From Candidatus Latescibacterota bacterium (GTDB lineage Bacteria > Krumholzibacteriota > Krumholzibacteriia > WVZY01), in NCBI GenBank assembly GCA_963791045.1, contig CAWBQK010000013.1, positions 52,694 to 116,693 of the forward strand: 64,000 bases of DNA, read 5' to 3'. This document shows, piece by piece, positions 1-9,600 of the stretch. Numbering within the stretch: the first letter of the stretch is position 1; the number at the start of each line of letters is the position of its first letter. The position numbers and the translations under genes are program-made. A model generated the notes under the pieces. That model saw nothing but the letters and a program-made list of their open reading frames with translations, searched no databases and was not told the origin of the DNA.

Positions 1-408
1 CTTCCTCCCTTAATTCGATCGATCGGCCCGGAAGGGTCGATTGGTGGTTGTCTTGTTCGAGTGATTTGGCACCGGGTCACGCGCGGGGAGGGCCCGGATC
101 TTGCATTCTTGAAAACCTGCGGCAAGTAAATCACTTATGGCGTGACGCCATAATATAAACCAAAGCAGCAAAGTTCGCAATCTGATTGAGGCGGTCCGAA
201 TTTCCCGCCCCGGGTGTCGTTTCGCGGGCGTGAACGCCGGGCCCGAACCTCAAGGTATTTCAAGTTCTTACGAGTTTTTCTCGTTCTCGCGGACCCCATC
301 GGCACGCGGGATTTGGCGCCGGTGGTGTGGCTCCGAGAAATGTGCCGGAGATCGTCCTGCGGCGGCCCGGTTTTTCGATGCGTTTATCGCCAATCCAGGA
401 GTCGAATC

Positions 409-1143
409 ATGAACAGTTTTCAGCCGCTCCTGTGCCTCGTATCCGTGGCGTTGATGGCCGTTTTTTTGCCGATATGTCCCGCTCTCGCCCAGCCGGATCT
501 CGCCGTCTGGGCGGATGACATCACTATCGTCAAAAGCTCGACCTACAATCTGACGTACGTCACGGTGACCGTTCACAATGACGGCAGTTCCCAGTCCGAT
601 GCTTCCGCGCTGCGGATCGGCGTGTCGGAGGTTGGAATGGGGCAGGTAGAGGATTTTGAAATTCCCTCAATTCCGGCGGGCCATTCGGAAACGAGGATGG
701 CGACCTTTGCGGGAATCGCGTGGACACACTCATGGGGGAATGCCGACCTCAACGAAGTTGTGTCGGAAACCGACGAGTCGAACAACTGTTCCAACCAGAG
801 CGACAACTGGATCGCGTTGGGCCCGGGGATGAACCACGACCAGTTTATCGGTGTGGTCAATCCGGGACTCCAGTCCGAAACCGTTTCATTGGACGTTGTC
901 GTTCCGGAAGGATGGGTCATAACCGTCAATCCGCCGTCGATGATCCTGGCGCCCGGCGAGTACCGCGGTGTTGTCGTTCATTTCGAAGCGCCGGATGATT
1001 TCAAGAGCTACTCTTGTGTCGAGGTGGAATGTTCGTTCCTGGATGGGACTCCCGGTCTTCTCACGTGGGAGTTTCATATCGAATCCACGGTGCCCGTAAA
1101 AATCACCACGTGGGGCATGATGAAATCAATGTTCAGTCGCTGA
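409..1143 (+). CDS. secreted hypothetical protein with CARDB/Ig-like beta repeats
   Basis: ORF 214..1143 trimmed to ATG at 409, which gives a signal peptide (MNSFQPLLCLVSVALMAVFLPICPALA). The body is beta-rich repeats of the CARDB type (DLAVW..ITI...VTVHNDGS). TGA stop. Confidence 0.65.
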   Translation: MNSFQPLLCLVSVALMAVFLPICPALAQPDLAVWADDITIVKSSTYNLTYVTVTVHNDGSSQSDASALRIGVSEVGMGQVEDFEIPSIPAGHSETRMATFAGIAWTHSWGNADLNEVVSETDESNNCSNQSDNWIALGPGMNHDQFIGVVNPGLQSETVSLDVVVPEGWVITVNPPSMILAPGEYRGVVVHFEAPDDFKSYSCVEVECSFLDGTPGLLTWEFHIESTVPVKITTWGMMKSMFSR

Positions 1144-1247
1144 GCCGCTGAGTCGAGCTCGTGTCATTCGTTCAGCGCCGGCGCCGTTCGGACCTTTTGT
1201 CGCTTGCAATTCAACGGCGTCTTGCAACGGCAACCGTCAACGACGCC

Positions 1248-1769
1248 CTACAGCGATGCGGCCCGTATAAGTTCGGTGATTCTCGAGAGATGGTGATCGT
1301 CATGCTCAGCGGCGAAAAACGCGAGGTCAATGACCCGCATCGTGGCATCCAGCCGCGGATGATGCGCCGGTCTCACCACCATCGCCTCGTCATAGCTCTC
1401 CAAACGCTGGACGAAATCCCCGCGTTCCGTGCGAAACGCCGCGAGTATATCCTCTATTGATTTTGAATTGTGCTCCGCCGCTTTGCTACGTGCATTGCTC
1501 ATGTCGGCCGGGGTCAACTCGTCCAAACCTTTTTCGAAATCATCCAGTCTGTTCCGCCACAGCTCTTCCACGTCGGCGAGATGACCGGCGTTTTCCTGTA
1601 TCGACCAGCCGTCGTGCAGTCTCCGCGTCAACACCTCGGGGCCAACGTACTTTATGCGGTCTTCCAGCCTTGCGGGTGTTCCGCGCAGCCGCTCCACAAT
1701 ATTTGGAAACATCCATACCGGTAGATCGAAGACGAAACGCCTTTTGATCCACGCTTCTCTCTTTACCAT
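1248..1769 (-). CDS. DinB-like (DinB_2/YfiT-type) metal-dependent protein
   Basis: ORF 1248..1925 trimmed to internal Met (MVKREAW..). His-rich helical-bundle motifs (HLADVEELW, AHHPRLDATMRVIDLAFFAAEHDDHH) are typical of the DinB/YfiT family. Confidence 0.55.
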   Translation of the reverse strand: MVKREAWIKRRFVFDLPVWMFPNIVERLRGTPARLEDRIKYVGPEVLTRRLHDGWSIQENAGHLADVEELWRNRLDDFEKGLDELTPADMSNARSKAAEHNSKSIEDILAAFRTERGDFVQRLESYDEAMVVRPAHHPRLDATMRVIDLAFFAAEHDDHHLSRITELIRAASL

Positions 1770-2234
1770 CGGACACCTCTCTTTTTTGTCGGGCGTGGCA
1801 ACGAGTAAGCATACATGAAATACACGCGCTCGACAACCGATTGTGCGCGGCTGCCTGGGTGGATTCGTTGTCGTATGCGCGATGTGGCGAGGTGTTTCTT
1901 TTTGTTCGGCGGTATTGTTCGTCATAGCGCGATGTCACACCGCTGCTTACGATCACACATGCGTTATGTTTTTTCGTTGTGCGCGACATGTCCGTATTCG
2001 TGTCACCCAGAAAGCGTGAGCGTCATGACAGCCATCGAAACTTTTTTGTTTTTGTTTTAATTTTTTCTTGACGGCTTTTTGAACGCATCTTTTTGCGGGC
2101 TGCAATCGTGTCGTGTTTTTGTGTTGCGCGCCTGTCTATGCGTGATGTCGGCGTCTTGATTTTATCGAGACGTTTTTGTTTTGTCGGGTCGTGTTATGCG
2201 TTGTCGCGCGTCGTGCGAACGCCAAAAACCCTCG

Positions 2235-2263
2235 TGTTATAATACTAGTGTAACCATGGGAGG
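2235..2263 (+). promoter_or_regulatory. extended -10 promoter (TGtTATAAT, 2235-2243) plus GGGAGG RBS (2258-2263) for the HNH gene
   Basis: TGtTATAAT followed by GGGAGG 6 nt before ATG 2270, at the end of a T-rich, lower-GC intergenic stretch (1930-2260). Confidence 0.4.
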
Positions 2264-2266
2264 TTG

Positions 2267-3608
2267 ATGATGATCGCACGTGAACAACTTCGTCTCAAGA
2301 AGCTCTCCGACAAGACACTCCTCCAGTCGCTCGACTCCCTCGTCGGAAAAGAAAAGAACTCGACCCTCGCCGTTCTTCTTCATCTGATCGAACTCGATCG
2401 CCGGCGAACGTATCTCAATCTTGGATTCCGTTCGCTCTTCGAGTACTGCACCCAGCATCTCAAGTACTCTTCCTCCTCAGCGGGGCGCCGTATCCATACG
2501 GCACGGTGCGTCGCTCGTTTTCCCGAGATCTACGAACTTCTCGTCAAAGGATCGGTAAACCTGAGCACCGTCTCGCAGGTCTCGGCGATTCTGAACGAGA
2601 GAAACAAGGATGAACTTCTCAAGGGGATCCAGGGCAAGTCGCAGCGTCAGGTCGAGCGTTTAATTTCGGTATTTCAGCCACCGTCGGCGTATCGCGATAC
2701 GGTGAAGCCTGTTCGAGTGGCCGTCGCGGCGAAACCACTGGAGGCCTCGGCGACTCACAGAACCACGGCAGAGCCTGGATTGGCCATCGACCCGGCCGGG
2801 GCCCAAAACTGGACATCTTTGTCCAATTCCTCCCGCAGCGGGAGTAAACCGATTAATGGGTATATGGCGCAATCATCTGCAGGGGAACAAGATAAGACCC
2901 AGAATGACAATGGGACAGGGGATTCTGGGGCGAAAAGCTGTTACGAACAGAAGCTTCTGATCCGGTTTTTGGCGAGTTGTGGCTTCAAGAAGAAGTACGA
3001 CGAGGCCTGCTCATTCCTGTCAAACCGTTTGCCCAATCAAACCTTTGAGACGGTCTTCGAGGCCGTACTTAGATGAGTTCATCGATCGTCACAGCCCGGA
3101 GGCGCGCCACAAACGACGGGAGAAACGCCGGACCAAGAAGCTCGAAAAACCAAAAGAGATTCGATGCGCCGGAACCGGGGCCAACGGAAAGATCGGCGAA
3201 GGCAAACGCCGAACCGAGAAGCAGAAGCCCACGGGAAAAGGAGGGGCTGTCGGGAACGAACGACGAACTGAGAAGCGGCAGCCCGCTATTGCTCGTATGG
3301 GCGCCGAAAACAAACGCGCGCGACACATCCCTGCGGCCGTACGAGACAACGTGTTCAAACGCGACGGTGGGAAGTGCACGTTCATCGGCAAAGATAACAA
3401 ACGCTGCAACTCAACTTGGGGGCTCGAGATCGACCACGTCAAGCCGTTCGCAAAGGGCGGCGGAAATACCAAAGACAACCTGAGGCTTCTGTGCGGGAGA
3501 CACAACCGGCTGGCCGCGGAGAAGGTTTACGGCAAAGAATTCATGGAAGGCCACTATGTCGAGACACGGAGGTTGAATATTGTTGAGGGAGACGTGTACT
3601 CTAGCTAA
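2267..3608 (+). pseudogene. DUF222-like N-domain / HNH endonuclease, split by a +1 frameshift near 3070
   Basis: ORF 2264..3076 carries the DUF222-like N-terminal region. The overlapping ORF 2979..3608 in another frame carries the HNH motif (VRDNVFKRDGGKCTFIG...EIDHVKPFAKGG..NLRLLCGRHN). Removing one A in CTTAGATGAG restores ...FEAVLDEFIDRHSPE. Confidence 0.6.
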
Positions 3609-3692
3609 AGCGCGCGGAGCGGCCGACGGCGAGTCCCGGAACGGCGGCGACCAAGTAGTCTAACGCGAACAACAACAAGGAGTTATAAAACA

Positions 3693-3902
3693 ATGCATGG
3701 CCTGCAGTACAGATGTGTGAAGTGCAAGAACGACAAGTGCGACGTCGGCGAGTTCAGGGCGACGGGCGGATTTCTCACAAAGATTTTCGATATCCAGTCC
3801 AAGAGATTCTCGACGGTAACCTGCACGCGCTGTAAGTACACGGAAATCTTCAAGACCGACAGCAGCATGCTCGGTAACGTTTTTGATTTCTTCACGGATT
3901 AA
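3693..3902 (+). CDS. small Zn-ribbon protein (two CxxC pairs)
   Basis: AAGGAG RBS 8 nt upstream. CVKC...C..G and TCTRCKY zinc-ribbon motifs with a central GGFLTKIFDIQ. Confidence 0.75.
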   Translation: MHGLQYRCVKCKNDKCDVGEFRATGGFLTKIFDIQSKRFSTVTCTRCKYTEIFKTDSSMLGNVFDFFTD

Positions 3903-4505
3903 TCAGGGTCGTTCGAGATACTTCCCTGACTCAATGTAAGGTTTGAGTTGTTCGACGAGGAAATGGGTCCAGACCTTGTCGACGGTTTCGGGCCATCCCT
4001 CTTTGACATTCCCCGATGCATCCACGGTAAGTTTGACGACGCATGCGGCGGCTCCGCCCGCGGTTTCCGGCGACACGGGCAACGACACCTGCTGTTCGAT
4101 GGTGAACCCTGAGGGCGTGGACTGGACGACCTTCGCCTCGGCATGGCCAACGCCCACCGCGGAGAGCCCGCCAAACCCGATCAACCCGAAGACAACCACC
4201 GGGAACACCCGTCGCGTCCATCCGAAGAGAAACCGAATCATTGCTTTCTCCTTCTTCCAGAAGAAGCCAAACTGCCCGAGGAGCGTCCCATAAGACAGCA
4301 GGCAAATCTGATAGAGGGGAAATATGATAGCCAGGTAGGTCACCCACCAGACCCACGTGGGGGCATCCGGCGGCAAAACGTAACCGAGCACCAGCTTTCT
4401 CAGCCGGACAACGGTCATTCCCGCAAGCGAGAAAGCGGTCAAAATGGCGATAACGCCCCAGACTCCGACGCCCCAACGGGCCTTCATACGCGCGATAAAT
4501 GCCAT
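3903..4505 (-). CDS. hypothetical membrane-anchored protein
   Basis: ORF 3903..4688 trimmed to MAFIARMKARWGV. Two or three TM helices are followed by a soluble beta-rich C-terminal domain. Start is uncertain. Confidence 0.5.
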   Translation of the reverse strand: MAFIARMKARWGVGVWGVIAILTAFSLAGMTVVRLRKLVLGYVLPPDAPTWVWWVTYLAIIFPLYQICLLSYGTLLGQFGFFWKKEKAMIRFLFGWTRRVFPVVVFGLIGFGGLSAVGVGHAEAKVVQSTPSGFTIEQQVSLPVSPETAGGAAACVVKLTVDASGNVKEGWPETVDKVWTHFLVEQLKPYIESGKYLERP

Positions 4506-4795
4506 AGTTGTGTTTTCTTCCAGCGTGTGCAAAAATGTGCAAATCAGAATTGTGGCGAATGCGGCACGGCCACCATGCAGCGATCGCCGGTAATTGAGTG
4601 GTGAATGCTGGAAGTTAATAATCGACGGTGCGATAGTCAAATTATTGATGCCTGAATCGCACCGTGTTCGCGGAGTTTGCGGCGCCACGGGCGGCCCGGC
4701 ATCAGATTCGACGACGGGTCAACTAGAAGTCGAGCGACCGCCCCGGCCGCTCGAACAAGCCTTTTGGGGCCGGATTTCAACCCGGAATTATAACT

Positions 4796-5914
4796 ATGAA
4801 TATTTTTGAAACGATATCTGGATTTCTGACCGGCAAGGAACTTCTTGGAATCACCCTCGGCAGTTACGGACTGGCATTCCTCGCGATCCTGCTGTCCGTG
4901 ATTCTCCGGAGGGTGTTCAGTACGATCGTCGTTCGGATGATCCAGCGCTTCACGAAACGAACCGCGACCAAACTTGACGACATGATCGTGAATGCCATCG
5001 CACAACCGTTGGGTTTCGCGTTCGCAATTGCCGGGTTGTATGCGGCGGCAATAATTCTCCGTCTGCCGAACGAACCGGTGGACGTCAACAGGATCGCCTT
5101 TTCGATCCTCGGAATTCTGATTGTGATTGATCTCACATGGCTCTTTTTTCGCCTGGTCGACGCCATGGGCACATATTTCGCCGAAGCGGCCAAACGGACT
5201 GAGTCGACGCTGGACGATCAGCTGATCCCGATCATCCGCAAATCGCTCAAGGTCTTCATCGGAGTCCTCGCGTTTGTCTTCGCCGTTCAAAACCTCGGCT
5301 ACTCGGTGGCCAGCCTTCTCGCCGGCCTTGGAATTGGCGGGCTCGCGCTCGCGCTCGCCGCGAAAGACACGCTGTCGAACTTCTTCGGTTCGATCGTCAT
5401 CCTTCTCGATCGTCCGTTCGCCGTCGGCGACTGGATCGAGACGGGCGGACAGGAAGGCGTCGTCGAAGAAATCGGTTTCCGTTCGACACGGATTCGCACG
5501 TTCGGCAAAACCGAGTTGTCGATACCGAATAACAACCTTGCGAACGCCGTAATCAACAACTGGTCGAGGATGCCCATCCGGCGCGTGAAGATGACTCTGG
5601 GAGTAACATACCAATCATCGGCCGATCAGATGGAAAACGCCGTCGAGGCGATCCGTAAGCTTCTGCGCGAACATCCGGATGTTTACCAGGATTTCTTCCT
5701 GGTGAACTTCACCGAGTTTGGATCGAGCTCGTTGGATATTTTCGTCTACTATTTTACGACGACAACCGTGTGGGCGGAGTACCTGCGGATCCGGCAGGAA
5801 ATCAACGTGGGCATGATGCGGTTGCTGGAAGGAATGGGTTTGGAGGTCGCTTTCCCGTCGCGGACTGTTTATCTCAAGAACGAACCTGAGTTTGAACCGC
5901 CAACCTCTCCCTAG
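4796..5914 (+). CDS. mechanosensitive ion channel, MscS family
   Basis: Three N-terminal TM helices, then the conserved MscS beta-domain (FAVGDWIETGGQEGVVEEIGFRSTRIRTFGKTELSIPNNNL). Confidence 0.9.
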   Translation: MNIFETISGFLTGKELLGITLGSYGLAFLAILLSVILRRVFSTIVVRMIQRFTKRTATKLDDMIVNAIAQPLGFAFAIAGLYAAAIILRLPNEPVDVNRIAFSILGILIVIDLTWLFFRLVDAMGTYFAEAAKRTESTLDDQLIPIIRKSLKVFIGVLAFVFAVQNLGYSVASLLAGLGIGGLALALAAKDTLSNFFGSIVILLDRPFAVGDWIETGGQEGVVEEIGFRSTRIRTFGKTELSIPNNNLANAVINNWSRMPIRRVKMTLGVTYQSSADQMENAVEAIRKLLREHPDVYQDFFLVNFTEFGSSSLDIFVYYFTTTTVWAEYLRIRQEINVGMMRLLEGMGLEVAFPSRTVYLKNEPEFEPPTSP

Positions 5915-6066
5915 AGCCGGCCACGCCGGCGGCGGAAGCGGCGGTGCGCACCACGCGCACGCCGCGCCCATCAAGACCTGCGCTCATGGAGCGCCCTCGT
6001 GGCACACCACATACACCCCGTGCGGGGTCAAAACCAGCGCGACGCGGGGTCACGGCAAAAACAGCA

Positions 6067-6498
6067 TCAACCACCCCGAATATAGCTTTCGAGCTGATCG
6101 ATGATGAACTCTTGTTTGGAAACGATCGCTTTGATGCAGTCGCCGATCGAAACGATTCCAACAAGCCGCCCGTCATCAATGACGGGAAGGTGACGGATTC
6201 TCTTGTCGGTCATCAGCGCCATGCACTCATCCATCGTTCGATCCGGCGAGACGACACATACGTTGTCCGTCATAATGTCACGACAAGATGTGTCCTCGGC
6301 AGATCGGCCTTCAAGGGTGACCTTACGGGCGTAATCCCTTTCGGACATTATCCCGGACAGCTCTGTTCCCTCCTTGACCACGAGCGCACCGATTCCTTTT
6401 TCCGCCATGATCTTGATCGCCTCAAAAACAGACGCACTGGGAGCGATTGTGACGACGACCCCGCCCTTGCTTTCAAGAAGTTCGCGGACTGTTATCAT
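6067..6498 (-). CDS. CBS-pair domain protein
   Basis: Two CBS motifs (VVTIAPSASVFEAIKIMAEKGIGALVV; CVVSPDRTMDECMALMTDKRIRHLPVIDDGRLVGIVSIGD). Confidence 0.85.
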   Translation of the reverse strand: MITVRELLESKGGVVVTIAPSASVFEAIKIMAEKGIGALVVKEGTELSGIMSERDYARKVTLEGRSAEDTSCRDIMTDNVCVVSPDRTMDECMALMTDKRIRHLPVIDDGRLVGIVSIGDCIKAIVSKQEFIIDQLESYIRGG

Positions 6499-6637
6499 AT
6501 GAATTCCCTTTCTGATTCAATCGAGAAAATATCAATCGGCATAGATCTCATACCAATTGTGTATAGCAATAATAAAGTATGTTTTGGTAACGAGTTCAAG
6601 CGGCAAGGAGACTTTTGGCGCGTTGCGGGTGAGTTCT

Positions 6638-9600
6638 TTATTTCACAATCACCCTGTATACCAGCTCGCCCGTCTCCCCAGGCGCTAGAACATAAGCTGA
6701 ATTTCTGGAGAAAGTGACGCGAAGGAGCCGCTCGCTCACACTGTACTCGCATTCGTCACCGTCGGCCGGGTCGAGAGTGAGATATTCGACGGGCGCGGCA
6801 TCTTTGTGCCACTCGACATCGAGACCCGCGCCAAAAGCGTCGCTCATGGGATCGACGAACGCTGAAACAGCATCGAGTATGAGAACACTCTGGACACTGT
6901 CCGCGCCGGTGTTTGTGTAGGAAATGGTGTAGGTCAAAACATCGCCCGGTTGCGCTTCGTCCAGGTCCACCTGTTTTTGCAGGACGAGCAACCCGACGGT
7001 TCCGTCGACAACGAGCACGGCATCCGCCGCCTGCGCGGTCGCGACGAGCGGGGTACCTCCGATTGACTGCACCGCGTCGATCAACACCTGATGGGTCGTG
7101 CCCGGCGTCGATGACGTCGGAACAAAAACGCGGAGGAACAAATTCACGTGATCGCGGCCGGCGGTCGGATCCATGTCGAGGTCACCCGGCTGCAACGCGC
7201 GATCGGCGCCATCGAACACACCGTTCCCATTTTCGTCGAGGAGGAACATCGTAACCACGCCGGAGTCCGCCGCGGCGGATAGCACAACGGCTCCGCTCGT
7301 CCCCGCGTCCAGCCGGTGCGGGAAGTCGACATACGACCCCGCGACACCGTTCAGCACGGCGCCGGTAGACAAACGAATTCCAAGAACATCGGCAAAGTTC
7401 ACAGTCAGGGTATCCCCCGCGTCGACGGTAGCCGGACCCACCGTATCGGGCGAAATCGAAACGAAACCGGGGAGATTTTGTTCAAACAACGTGATCGGCG
7501 CACCGCCGCCGTTGACAAAGGTAAACCGGCCGTCGCCGCCCGTGACCAGAGTCAACCCGCTGTTGTTCTCGACAACCGTCACCCCACCGATGCCGGCTTC
7601 GCCCGGATCATAAATGCCGTCGTGATTTTCATCGTCGAACACGATACCCGTCACGACCGCACCCGTCTGCGTCACCAGTCTCACGCTCTCCGGTGAGTTC
7701 GGCGGCAACGACGAATACGCATTGATGATCGAAGGAAACACTCCCGCCACCGCCGTCACGGGCACCTGAACATCAACAGTAAAATTCAAGGACCCACCCG
7801 CGCCGATCATGGTCGTCCAGAACGGACCGCTGTAGCTTGCAAAACCGTCACTGAGAACAACGCTCCCCGCGGGCCATCCCGCCGGAAGCTCCCAGTACAC
7901 GTAAAACGAATCGGCAAAGCTTCCAACATTCCGGGCTTCGAGAAGAGCTGAGTAACTCCCGCCGGCATTTGCCGGACGAATGGATTGACCGCCGTCTCCG
8001 GTGCCGAGTTCGCCAAAGATTCCCGACCCGCTGCCGTCGATGATGAGATCGATTCTCGGAGGACCGACCACGGTTATTCTTGCCTCGACGCTTTCGACCA
8101 CGGTGGGATCCGAGTCGGCGACAACGTCGATCACATAAGAGTAGTCGCCGGGGAACGCACCCGAGGGAAGAACAACCTCGAACGTATACAACCCAGTGGC
8201 GCCGGCGGGAATCAAACCGGTCGTGTACGGCGTCGAGCTCGAATTGAGCGCGGCATTCCAGAAGGGAATGTCGTTCCACGTAACCGTGTATTGATCCGGG
8301 TCGCCCCCTTCGTTCTGAAGCTCGAGCGTAAAGTTCAAAACCGACGGCGCCGCCTGCGTCTGAAGCGACAGCCCACCGCCCCCGCTGCCCAACAAACCGA
8401 AAACGCCATCCCCGTTTCCATCGATCACCGCATCGACAACCGTCACCGGATACACCTGAAGCCGGCCCAACACGCTGTCCATGTAGTATCTGCGATCTGA
8501 TTTCTCCGCATCGACGATAATGTCGACCAGACCACCCGTCGCGTCGAGGGGCACTACGGCCTTGAGCTCGTATACGCCTTCGGGATAACCGGCAACGGGC
8601 GATGTGCGGTTATCGAACGTCACGCGCCAACCCGGCGGCGTGTTCCACGAAATGTCGGCCGCGTCCGCGCCGCTTGGATGCAAAAGTTCCACGATGAATG
8701 TAACGGAGTCGCCCGGCGCTACGGTCCGAAGCGAGTTGCCGCCAAGCCCCGTTCCGACCGGCCCAAAAACGCCCTCACCGGACCCATCGATAATCATGTC
8801 AACCTGGCCCTCTTCGGTGATGCTCACCGCGGCCGTGACACTTTCCGACACGCGCGAATCCACGCCCGACTCCGCATGAAGGAATGAACTCCATGTCCCG
8901 TTCTTCGCATTGCCGGGAACGATAATCTTGAGTTCGACACTAAGCTCCCCGTGCGCGGGAATAGTCGCCGTCGTGTATGGGAAGGAGTAATCGACACCGC
9001 CGACAACAAGGACGGCTTTCCAGTTACCCGTCGGACGATCCCACGTCAGGGTGAAAGCATCGCTCACGCCCGCCTCATTCTGGATCGTTACGGGAAATAC
9101 AACTTCTGTGCTTTTCTGGCTGACACTCGAACTCGAACCACCCAATCCCGACTGGGTGTCGTCATAGATACCGTCGCCGTTCGAACCGACGATCATGTCC
9201 ACTCGCGGCGCATCGAGTCTCAGTGTGGCTTCGATCGAGTCATTCTTCAACGGGTCCTGGATCACGGCGGCGGCGACAATTGTCGAGTAATCGCCACCCG
9301 TCTCCGGGCTGGGCACAGTGACTTCGAGCGTCATCACGGCAGTCGCGCCGGCGGCCACAATCTGTGTGGTAAACGGCGACGAATAGGTCGCGCCCGCATA
9401 AACGATTTCCGAAACCGCGCCGGGGTCGGCCGCCCAGGTCACATCAAAAGTGGCCGGCGCCATTCCCGTATTCCTCAACTCGATCGCATAGCTCACCGTG
9501 TTGTTCCACACGTCGGTTTGTATCGAGAATCCGCCCGCGCCGTCATCACCAACCACACCAAACCCGTTCCCCTCGACGGCCATATCGGCGCCATAAGTGG

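Noticed and set aside
1161-1747. Plus-strand ORFs 1161..1460 and 1457..1747
   Set aside because: They overlap the better-supported DinB-like gene on the minus strand and have no conserved features.
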